Source of the DNA: Candidatus Sigynarchaeum calidifontis
GTDB lineage: Archaea > Asgardarchaeota > Lokiarchaeia > Sigyniarchaeales > Sigyniarchaeaceae
Assembly: GCA_030587475.2 (NCBI GenBank)
Contig: JAUQYZ020000072.1
Location: forward strand, 1-60,421
Reading direction: 5' to 3'
DNA: 60,421 nt
This document shows positions 50,728 through 59,027 of the stretch, one piece after another. The notes under the pieces are model-generated. The model did not search any database, was not told the origin of the DNA, and worked only from the letters and a program-made list of their open reading frames with translations. A program made the translations under genes and the position numbers. Position 1 is the first letter of the stretch. Every line of letters starts with the position of its first letter.

Positions 50728-53220
50728 ATGGACATATACGAGGTGCTCTCCCACCCGATCCGACGTAGATTGCTCTTGCTGCTCGAACGCGATGGCTATT
50801 TGAAGCATTCCGAGCTCATGGACAAGCTCGCCATCGACAAGACCGGTATCCTCAATTTCCACCTCAAGCAGCTCGAAGAACTCGTCAGCAAGGAGCCAAA
50901 GACGAAAGCATATTACCTGTCCGAGATGGGCAAGGCCGTGATCCGCATCATCGACCTCAACGAGCGGCTACTCAAGGGGGAGGAATTACCCGCCGAGGCC
51001 ATCAAGAAGGGAGAAATCAGCCGTGTCGGCGTGATCACGTGTAACTGCACGGGGGAAGTGTCGGACTGCCTCGACATCAACGCCCTGGACGCGTATGCTC
51101 GCAAGATCCCTGGGGTCGTGTCGACTCGCGTGCTCGATAACCTGTGCCAGGAAAAATACCTCAAGGGGCTTCACCAGTGGTGCCGGGACAATTTCATCAA
51201 CAAGCTCGTCATCGCCGCTTGCTCGCCGAAAACGCACCAGCACGTGTTCGAGGTCATGTTCGACGGGGTCATCGACCGCCCGAATATCGAGATAGTGAAC
51301 ATCCGCGAGCAGTGCGCGTGGGTGCACCATGACGATGCGTACCGGGATCCAACGCTCAAGAAGGCCGAGGTTCTCATCGAGGCTGGCGTGGCACGTGTTA
51401 GCCTGCAAAAAATCATCAAGGTCAAGACGGTCCAGGTCGAGAAGAGCTGTGCCATCATTGGTGGTGGCATCGCGGGCATGACGCTCGCGCTCAACCTCGC
51501 CCGCGCTGGCTTGCAAGTGCACCTCATCGACAAGGCGCCGACTCTCGGGGGCATGGCAGCCAGGTGGAGCAAGATCCAGGGCATGGCAGATTGCTCGATC
51601 TGCTTCATTTCCGAGCTCATCGGCGAGCTCAAGAAGCAAAGAAACATCACGGTGCACACGAACACCAGGGTAGACAACATCAGCGGCGAGATCGGGAACT
51701 TCACGCTCGATCTCACCCGGGAACCGCGATTCGTGGATGTCGATCGATGCACGGGCTGTGGCCGGTGCACGCACATCTGCACGAAAGAGAAACCCGACCA
51801 GTACGAGCACGGCCTCGCCAAGCGCAAGCTCATCTACATCCCGTTCAGCCACGCGTATCCCTTCGCCGCGACCATCGACAAGGAGGACATCGATACTTGC
51901 AAGGATTGCCACATCTGCGAGCGTGCTTGCATCAACAAGGCAATAAACCTCGACCAGGAACCGGAAAAATTGCGGTTGAAGGTCGGCGCAAAGGTGATCG
52001 CGATCGGGGCCGAGCTCTACAAGGACTTGGCCGGTTTCCACCACGACCCGACCGATGATATCGTTACTGCGGCCGAGTTCGAGCGCATCTTGTCCTCGGA
52101 TGGCCCCACGGACGGCAAGCTCCTCCGGCTCTCGAACGATGAGCCACCCAAGACGGTCGCTTACATCCAGGGCATCGGCCCACGCTCCCTTGCCGGACAA
52201 GAAGGCGCGAACGACGTGCTGGACCAGCTGCTCGCCCGCAAGTACGAGGCCGCGGTCAAGGAACAAGTGCCGAAGGCATCATTCAAGGTGTACAATGCTC
52301 GGACCTCGAGGATCGAAAAAATGAACGGGGAAAAGCGTATCATCGACGCCAGCGGCAAGGCAAGCAAGGCAGACCTGATCATTCTCGGCACGGAGATCGT
52401 GCCCAACCCGGACGTGAAGGACTTGCGCAAGAAATTCGATTTCACGCTCGACGACTACGGGTTCATGAGCGAGGAGACGCTGTCATCCGGTATATTCGGT
52501 GTCGGGGCAGTCCTCGGGCCCCGATCTTACAAGGACGTGCTGTTCGGGGCAAACAAGGTCGCTCTTGATGTGATCGCGATGCTCTCCAAAGAAACCTTGG
52601 TCTCGGACTATACAGGCGCGGAAAACAACCAGGACAAGTGTGGCCTATGCGGCCTTTGCGCCCGGTCGTGTCCCTACAACGCGATCATGCTCACGAGTGA
52701 CCGGGTCATCATTGACAAGTTCAAGTGCAAATCTTGCGGCACGTGCACGAGCGTGTGCCCCACCGGCGCCATGGAATTGAACGTCGATTCGACGGACAAG
52801 ATCCTCAAGTCCATCGAGGTCATGGCAAAGTTCAAGGAATCGCCGAAGATCCTCGCGTTCTGCTGCAGGTCTTGCGGTTATGCCGCGGCGGACGATGCCG
52901 GCATCAAGCGTCTCTTGTACTCGCCCGGCGTGCTCATCATCCGCGTGCCATGCTCGGGCCGGGTCGATTCCAACTTCCTCATCACCGCGCTCGAGGCGGG
53001 TTTCGACGGGGTCATAGTCGTCGGGTGTAAAAAGGATGCTTGCCGGTACATAGATGGTTTCTACAAGGCCAAGCAGAAAGTCCAGCTCTTGCAGCAAGTG
53101 ATCGGCGAGGACGAGGCCGGGCGGATCTTGATCGAGTCCATGAGCGCCGTGGAAGGCAACAAGTTCGCGGAAGCAGTCAACGGCTTCTATAACAAGTTAA
53201 AGGGGGCGAGCGCCAATTAG
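50728..53220 (+). CDS. Fusion: ArsR-like winged helix + HdrA-like flavo-iron-sulfur protein + MvhD domain
   Basis: wHTH (LSHPIRRRLLLLL...LNFHLKQL...YYLSEMG); HdrA motifs (CNC, AACSP, NIREQCAWVH, GGGIAG, DCSIC, EFER, ferredoxin motifs); MvhD motifs (FCCRSCGYAAAD, RVPCSGRVD, GC-x4-C-x-Y). Confidence 0.9.
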   Translation: MDIYEVLSHPIRRRLLLLLERDGYLKHSELMDKLAIDKTGILNFHLKQLEELVSKEPKTKAYYLSEMGKAVIRIIDLNERLLKGEELPAEAIKKGEISRVGVITCNCTGEVSDCLDINALDAYARKIPGVVSTRVLDNLCQEKYLKGLHQWCRDNFINKLVIAACSPKTHQHVFEVMFDGVIDRPNIEIVNIREQCAWVHHDDAYRDPTLKKAEVLIEAGVARVSLQKIIKVKTVQVEKSCAIIGGGIAGMTLALNLARAGLQVHLIDKAPTLGGMAARWSKIQGMADCSICFISELIGELKKQRNITVHTNTRVDNISGEIGNFTLDLTREPRFVDVDRCTGCGRCTHICTKEKPDQYEHGLAKRKLIYIPFSHAYPFAATIDKEDIDTCKDCHICERACINKAINLDQEPEKLRLKVGAKVIAIGAELYKDLAGFHHDPTDDIVTAAEFERILSSDGPTDGKLLRLSNDEPPKTVAYIQGIGPRSLAGQEGANDVLDQLLARKYEAAVKEQVPKASFKVYNARTSRIEKMNGEKRIIDASGKASKADLIILGTEIVPNPDVKDLRKKFDFTLDDYGFMSEETLSSGIFGVGAVLGPRSYKDVLFGANKVALDVIAMLSKETLVSDYTGAENNQDKCGLCGLCARSCPYNAIMLTSDRVIIDKFKCKSCGTCTSVCPTGAMELNVDSTDKILKSIEVMAKFKESPKILAFCCRSCGYAAADDAGIKRLLYSPGVLIIRVPCSGRVDSNFLITALEAGFDGVIVVGCKKDACRYIDGFYKAKQKVQLLQQVIGEDEAGRILIESMSAVEGNKFAEAVNGFYNKLKGASAN

Positions 53221-53986
53221 ACCGAAGCTCATCCTCGCGTCGCTATCAGGCTGCTCCGGTTGCTTGTCCACCTTGTTTTCCATGGAGGTCTTGCGGGAGA
53301 TCCTCAACAAGTTCAACATCGTCCACGCGCCCTTCATCCTCGACCAGGTCTCTGTTCCAGAATCCGACATCGCGTTCGTCGAGGGCTGCGTTCTCGATGA
53401 CGAAAAGGCACAAGTCGAATACTTGAAGTCCATCCGAGAGAATGCAAAGAAAGTCATCGCTCTCGGGACGTGCGCCGCGTTCGGCGGGATCGCCAGCATG
53501 TCGCCGGGCAAGCGAGCAGACCCGATCGGCCGGTACATCGAAGTCGACGGCTTCATCCCCGGCTGCCCGCCACCGCCGGGCCTGTTGAACGATTCGGCCA
53601 TCAGGCTCATGGAAGGGAAGCGCATCGCGCTGTCCGACAGGAACCTTTGCTCGTCTTGCGAGCTTCGTGCAGAAAACATGACCGAATTCACGAAGCCTAT
53701 CGATTCGATACTCCCGGGCGTGACGACCCCGCTGGCAAAGCAAGGAACGTGCTTCCTCAAGGACGGAATCTTGTGCATGGGTCCCATGACCCGGGAAGGG
53801 TGCGAGGCGCGCTGCATCAAGAAGAACGTTCCTTGCGAGGGCTGCATGGGCCCGCCGTCGAAAGAATACACGGCGAACGTGGTGAATTTTTTCAGCATGC
53901 TGCCGCTGTCGCCCGACTTGAGGAATTACGAGGGGATCTTGTTTCGGTTCGGGAGGCCACGCATCAAGGGAGGCGCGAAGAAATGA
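53216..53986 (+). CDS. mvhG: [NiFe]-hydrogenase small subunit, group 3 (MvhG-like); no canonical start codon
   Basis: SGCSGC lies upstream of the ORF-track TTG at 53264; also EG, GTCAAFGG, PGCPP and C-terminal CMGP...C...C...PCEGCMGP. Start placed at ATT 53216. Confidence 0.85.
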   Translation: MRPKLILASLSGCSGCLSTLFSMEVLREILNKFNIVHAPFILDQVSVPESDIAFVEGCVLDDEKAQVEYLKSIRENAKKVIALGTCAAFGGIASMSPGKRADPIGRYIEVDGFIPGCPPPPGLLNDSAIRLMEGKRIALSDRNLCSSCELRAENMTEFTKPIDSILPGVTTPLAKQGTCFLKDGILCMGPMTREGCEARCIKKNVPCEGCMGPPSKEYTANVVNFFSMLPLSPDLRNYEGILFRFGRPRIKGGAKK

Positions 53987-55311
53987 GCGCGAACATCGAC
54001 ATCTGTACCCGTATCGAGGGCCATGCAACGATCGAGTACATCATATCGAAGAAGGAACTCACGGCGGTTAATTTTAAGACTGATGTCTTTCGAGGTTTCG
54101 AGGAAATCTTGAAAGGGAAGCACCGGCTCGATGCACCGCGAATCGCGAGCCGGATATGCGGGTTGTGCCATGCGTCGCAAGCCATCGCGAGTACCAGGGC
54201 AGTCGAGGCCATGCTAGGCCTCCAGCCAAGCCCATCCGCCAGGGTCATGCGTGCAGTGCTCATGTGCGGCGAGCTCGTGAAAAGCCACGCGCTCCATTTT
54301 TACTTCCAGGGCTTTCCAGACATCGCTGCCGTGTTCCATGGCAAGCAGCTCGGGCTTGAAAATCTCGTTCGAAACGATCCCGCGTTCACGCAATCCATGT
54401 TCGAGCTTGTCAAGCTTGGCAAGGACGTGTGCGAAGCTTTTGGAGGCCGTGAAATACATGCCATCTCGCCCGCCGTGGGTGGAAAATCGTTCACCATGTT
54501 CCCGAAGGAGATCACCCAAACCCGCAAAAACCTTGAAAAGATCCGCGAGATCTCCCGCCCGGTGCTCGATGATCTCCTGAACGATTACAAGGCCACCTCC
54601 CCCGTGGATGATTTCGCGTTCAAGAACGTGGCATACATGGCACTGACCAACAAGCCGGATGTCGACGGCATCTACCGCCAAGACGGCGAGCTCGCGGTCG
54701 AGCTTCCCAGCGGTTCCGTGAAGCGCGTGCCGCCTGACAAGTTCAAGGAGCTCATCTGGTCGGAGAAGGGATTGCGTGGGTACGAGACATCCATCGATGA
54801 AAGCATCGGCCTACTGGTCGGCCCGATGGCGCGCATGCGGCTCGGGGGGCTTGAAATTGACGATCCCGAGCTGAAAAAGTCATTCAACAGCGTTGCGGCG
54901 AAGTGGAAGGACAACATGTTCTTCAACTATGCCGTACAGATCCTCGACATCCACGAGAGCGCGTCGATGGCGCTGGGAATTCTTAGCGGCCTCTCGGGGG
55001 AAACGCCGGGACAGCAAGCCATTCCCGAAGTGCCGGCGAACGCCGAGGGCACCGGCATCGTCGAAGCACCACGCGGCACGCTCATCCACCACTATTCGTC
55101 GGGAACCGAGAACCGGCTCGGGGCGGTCGAACTCTACATCCCCACGAGGATGAACACGCCGCTCATCGACCGCATGCTCACGACCAGGTGCAAGGCACTG
55201 TCCGACAAGGGCTTCGCGATGGACGAGATCAAGCGCCGTGCGGCCATGATCGTGCGCACGTTCGATCCATGCATATCTTGCGCGACGCACGAGCTTCACG
55301 TGGTCGCTTGA
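53983..55311 (+). CDS. mvhA: [NiFe]-hydrogenase large subunit, group 3 (MvhA-like)
   Basis: TRIEGH, RGFE, L1 RICGLCHASQ, EAPRG, L2 DPCISCATH plus 6-aa tail; ATGA overlap and GGAGG SD. Confidence 0.92.
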   Translation: MSANIDICTRIEGHATIEYIISKKELTAVNFKTDVFRGFEEILKGKHRLDAPRIASRICGLCHASQAIASTRAVEAMLGLQPSPSARVMRAVLMCGELVKSHALHFYFQGFPDIAAVFHGKQLGLENLVRNDPAFTQSMFELVKLGKDVCEAFGGREIHAISPAVGGKSFTMFPKEITQTRKNLEKIREISRPVLDDLLNDYKATSPVDDFAFKNVAYMALTNKPDVDGIYRQDGELAVELPSGSVKRVPPDKFKELIWSEKGLRGYETSIDESIGLLVGPMARMRLGGLEIDDPELKKSFNSVAAKWKDNMFFNYAVQILDIHESASMALGILSGLSGETPGQQAIPEVPANAEGTGIVEAPRGTLIHHYSSGTENRLGAVELYIPTRMNTPLIDRMLTTRCKALSDKGFAMDEIKRRAAMIVRTFDPCISCATHELHVVA

Positions 55312-55371
55312 TCGACGTGATAGCTCCCTTCCACAATATCCCTTTTTATCCCAAGAAATAGAGGTTTCCTC

Positions 55372-55560
55372 ATGACATACATATCTGGAAAAATCGTCAT
55401 GGACCAGGACAAGAAGATTTGCATCAACATGCAGCTCACGCCGGCGAATCCAGAACTCGTGGACATACCCCTGGATGAGCTGCTCGAGGAATACATTGGA
55501 AAAAACGTGTTTATCGAGATCTTGCCAGTCGAGCAGCGCGTGAAAAAGGGAGGGACGTAA
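55372..55560 (+). CDS. Small hypothetical protein (62 aa)
   Basis: Fills the gap between mvhA and the next gene; GAGG upstream; protein-like composition. Confidence 0.55.
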   Translation: MTYISGKIVMDQDKKICINMQLTPANPELVDIPLDELLEEYIGKNVFIEILPVEQRVKKGGT

Positions 55561-55562
55561 TC

Positions 55563-56798
55563 GTGGGGAAAAAGAAGCAAGAACCAGCCATTACAAGGGG
55601 GAAGGGCTCGGGCGAGAAGGGCGCGATCCGCTTCGGCGTGATCGGCTGCGGGGGGCGTGCCGAGGGGCTCACCAGGACGCTGGTGAAGGACAAGCGGGGC
55701 GATCTCGTCGCGCTCTGCGACATCGACCAGGAACAATTGGACCATTACGAGAAACTTGCCAAGACAAACCTCGGCCATGGTACCAAGCAATACAAGGATT
55801 ACAAGGCATTGCTCGATAACCCCGACGTCGATGCGGTCATCATCGCCACGCCGGACCAGTGGCATCGCGACATCGCGGTCCATGCTTTTAATCAGAAAAA
55901 ACACGTGTTCCTGGAAAAGCCTGTCGGGATCAACCTTGACCAGACCATCGATATCTTGAAGGCAGCCAGGCGGTCGGGCAAGATATTGGAAGTGGGCTAC
56001 GTGCTCCGCTATGCGCCGTTTTATCAAGGCGTCCGATCGCTCGTGCACGACGGGGAAATCGGCACCCCCCTCACGGCAGACGCGCTCGAACAGTACTACG
56101 GCGCGTTCCATTTTTACCGGGGCTGGTGGAAATCGAAGAACAATAACGGTGGCATCATGGTCCAGAAAATCTGTCACGACATGGATCTCTGGTACTGGAT
56201 CTTCGGTAAACCGAAAAAGATCGTCGCGTTCGAGAGCCTCATGGATTTCAAGCCAGGCGGCTGGGATTCCAAGGCAAAAACTTGCAACGAGTGCAAGAAT
56301 CGCTGTCCCTACTACATCCCGCCAGAAGGCGTGCACGCGTCGAAGACCAAGTCCAACGAATGCGTGTACAACGACCCGCACGATATCACCGACAGTTGCA
56401 ACGTGCTCGTGCAGTTCGAGAGCGGCATGACCATGAGCCAGGGAATGAACTTCTTCTGTGCCCGGACGCGTTCTGATCGCTTCCTGCACGTTGTCGGCTC
56501 GAAGGCCGAGATCTCGGGCTGGCTCTCGCAAAACATGGTGCGGTACGACAAGCGTCACGGCAAGGACAGCGATGTCAAGTACTTGCAATTCAGCGCGCAT
56601 GGAGCAGGGGGTCACGGGGGCGGGGATGACGTCCAGATCATACAATTCCTGAACGGCCTGGTCGAGGGACACGAGGCACTCGCCGGCATGGAAAGCGCCT
56701 ACTGGAGCAGCATCATGATCATGGGCGCGCAGATGTCGGCGGACCAGGGACGCGTCATCGACGTGAAGGAGCTCGTGGCCAAGTATCCGTTCCCGTGA
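55563..56798 (+). CDS. Gfo/Idh/MocA family oxidoreductase
   Basis: GVIGCGGR, ATPD-x-x-H, EKP, KICHDMD, GHGGGD. Confidence 0.9.
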   Translation: MGKKKQEPAITRGKGSGEKGAIRFGVIGCGGRAEGLTRTLVKDKRGDLVALCDIDQEQLDHYEKLAKTNLGHGTKQYKDYKALLDNPDVDAVIIATPDQWHRDIAVHAFNQKKHVFLEKPVGINLDQTIDILKAARRSGKILEVGYVLRYAPFYQGVRSLVHDGEIGTPLTADALEQYYGAFHFYRGWWKSKNNNGGIMVQKICHDMDLWYWIFGKPKKIVAFESLMDFKPGGWDSKAKTCNECKNRCPYYIPPEGVHASKTKSNECVYNDPHDITDSCNVLVQFESGMTMSQGMNFFCARTRSDRFLHVVGSKAEISGWLSQNMVRYDKRHGKDSDVKYLQFSAHGAGGHGGGDDVQIIQFLNGLVEGHEALAGMESAYWSSIMIMGAQMSADQGRVIDVKELVAKYPFP

Positions 56799-56848
56799 AG
56801 GAGGAACGGGGCATTTCTACTACATTCATTTACGGGGGAGAAACGTCG

Positions 56849-58021
56849 ATGATGCCGCAAGACGCGTGCTTGCCGGATTATTCCGGGAACGGCATCGTGA
56901 ACGTGATGAGCGCGATCGAGGCATTATTCGGGGGGAACAATCCCTACCCGACCCACGCCAAGTTATCCAAGAATGAAATCAAGAAAACCAAGAACATTGT
57001 CTTGATTGCCGTCGATGGATTTGGGTTTAATTTTTTCGAACAGCATTTCAAGAATTCCGGCCTGAACAAGTACCTCGCTGGTGGTATCACGTCTGTCTTT
57101 CCGTCTACGACCGCCGCCGCGATGACCACGATCTACACGGGCATGGCCCCCTTGAACCATGCTATCCTCGCCTGGTTCACGTATTTCAAGGAACTGGGGG
57201 TGATCGGCATCATGCCCCCCATGCTCGTGCGCGGTGACAAGGGATTGCTCGTGAAAGGGGGCGTGGATCCCGCGAAGCTGCTTGGCATCGAGCCAATGTT
57301 CGACCGGATCCATGCTCGTTGCTTCATGCTCTCGCCGTCGGATTTCCTCAAGAAACCGTACAACATCATCGTGGCGGGCCGGGGCCAGCAAGTGGGTTTC
57401 GGGAAATTCGACGAAATGCTGGATCGCACGGCAAACGTTGTCAAGAACAACCCGGGAGAGAAGCTCGTGCTATCGTATTGGCCTACCTTCGACCAGATTG
57501 CCCACGAGGCGGGTACCACCTCACCCGCGGCGCTTGACCATGCGAAGTACCTCGTCGATTGCCTTGCCAGTTTCATCGAAAACTTCAAGCCGCAACATCC
57601 GGATACAACCATAATCATCACGGCGGATCACGGCATGATCGATGCCACGCCAGGCGATTTGATCCGCCTGGAATCACATCCGGGTCTCAAGGACACGCTT
57701 GCAATGCCCCTATGTGGCGAGCCGCGGGCTGCATTCTGTTACGTGCGCCCGTCGAAGGCCGGGCAGTTCGAGGAATACGTCGACCGGCACTTGTCCCATG
57801 CGTGCACCGCTGCGAAAATCCAGGACGTGCTGGCCGAGGGTATTTTCGGCAAGTTCGATCCCCATCCTTGCTTGTTCGACCGTGTCGGAGATTACATCTT
57901 GTTCATGAAGGATAGATACATCCTCAAGGATCTCTTGCTGGGCGAGACACGCACACCCCTGATCGGGCACCACGGCGGTGTTAGCAAGGACGAGATGCTC
58001 GTGCCCTTGTTCGTCGCTTGA
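56849..58021 (+). CDS. Alkaline phosphatase superfamily, type I phosphodiesterase/nucleotide pyrophosphatase
   Basis: VDGFG, FPSTT, DQIAH, TADHG, GHHGG. Alternative GTG start at 56795. Confidence 0.88.
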   Translation: MMPQDACLPDYSGNGIVNVMSAIEALFGGNNPYPTHAKLSKNEIKKTKNIVLIAVDGFGFNFFEQHFKNSGLNKYLAGGITSVFPSTTAAAMTTIYTGMAPLNHAILAWFTYFKELGVIGIMPPMLVRGDKGLLVKGGVDPAKLLGIEPMFDRIHARCFMLSPSDFLKKPYNIIVAGRGQQVGFGKFDEMLDRTANVVKNNPGEKLVLSYWPTFDQIAHEAGTTSPAALDHAKYLVDCLASFIENFKPQHPDTTIIITADHGMIDATPGDLIRLESHPGLKDTLAMPLCGEPRAAFCYVRPSKAGQFEEYVDRHLSHACTAAKIQDVLAEGIFGKFDPHPCLFDRVGDYILFMKDRYILKDLLLGETRTPLIGHHGGVSKDEMLVPLFVA

Positions 58022-58083
58022 GCTTCAACGATCGGAAGGGAAGGGGATCCTTCGTACGAGAAAAAAGTGGAGAAACAAACCGA

Positions 58084-58914
58084 TCAAAAGTAGGTCTTGA
58101 CCGCAGCGAACCCCGTCTTCATCGCCTTGCCGGGATCTTCTTTCCAGTAAGCCGGGTTGAATAATTCGAGGGACACGTAACCATCATACCCGATTTTCTT
58201 CATACTTTCGACGAAACCTTTCAAGTCAAAGAAACCCAGCCCGGGCCAGACCCTGTCAGCATCTTGTAACTTGTCCAGGGGTTTCTTGACGCAGTCGTTG
58301 AAGTGGACGAGCCACAGCCGGTCCTTCGGCACTTTGGCGAGTTCGGCGGCAGCGTGCTCGCCGACGAAGTAGTGGAACGTGTCGATCACGAGCCCGGACT
58401 TCGGGAGACCATCCGCCTCGGCTTTCTCGATGATCTGCAGGGCGTCATTTATCTTCCGAACCGAGTTTGTTGGGGGCCCGAGGGGCTCGAAGCCCATGCG
58501 GAACTTGTACTTGTATGCGAGTTTTCGCAAGACCTGGAACCGCTCGACCGTCTTGGAAACCGTTTGGTCTGCTGGAAACTTGGAATCGGGTAAAAAACTT
58601 GGCACTGCGATGATCAAGTCGCAACCGATCTGGTTGCCGAGTTTCATCAGTCGCTCGGTGTATTCCAGCATGTTCTTGAAGTCTTTCTCGGAACACAGCG
58701 AGAACAGCTCGATGGCATTCCACGACACGACCTTGAGATGCAACTTGTCCAAGCATTGCTTCAGCTCAGAAACCGAATGCGATTTAAGGTATTCGAACGT
58801 TTCGTCACGACGTAATTCCACGCCGGTGAATCCAGCAGCTGCACAACTTTCCAGAAAGGTTTCCATTGGTGTTTTCATCAACGTTGCCTGGTTGACAGCA
58901 AATTGGACGACCAT
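58084..58914 (-). CDS. Sugar phosphate isomerase/epimerase (IolI-like TIM barrel)
   Basis: GFEPLG, DTFH, VHFND, DRVWPG, SLELF metal-ligand motifs. Confidence 0.88.
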   Translation of the reverse strand: MVVQFAVNQATLMKTPMETFLESCAAAGFTGVELRRDETFEYLKSHSVSELKQCLDKLHLKVVSWNAIELFSLCSEKDFKNMLEYTERLMKLGNQIGCDLIIAVPSFLPDSKFPADQTVSKTVERFQVLRKLAYKYKFRMGFEPLGPPTNSVRKINDALQIIEKAEADGLPKSGLVIDTFHYFVGEHAAAELAKVPKDRLWLVHFNDCVKKPLDKLQDADRVWPGLGFFDLKGFVESMKKIGYDGYVSLELFNPAYWKEDPGKAMKTGFAAVKTYF

Positions 58915-59027
58915 GATGAGCGAATCTCCGTTGTTCAATGATTGAATCAGGTTCATCTAGAATGACGGCGGTAAATCCCTTTCGGAAATAGTGGAGAATT
59001 AGCACGAGGCCACGGCGAGGAGGATGC

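Noticed and set aside
53470-53982. Long N-terminal extension of the hydrogenase large-subunit ORF
   Set aside because: Overlaps mvhG in another frame; ATG 53983 has an SD and ATGA coupling and is followed by TRIEGH.
50728-55311. Selenocysteine recoding in HdrA, MvhD or MvhA
   Set aside because: No in-frame TGA within these ORFs; the relevant positions are ordinary Cys codons and L2 is contiguous with the large subunit.
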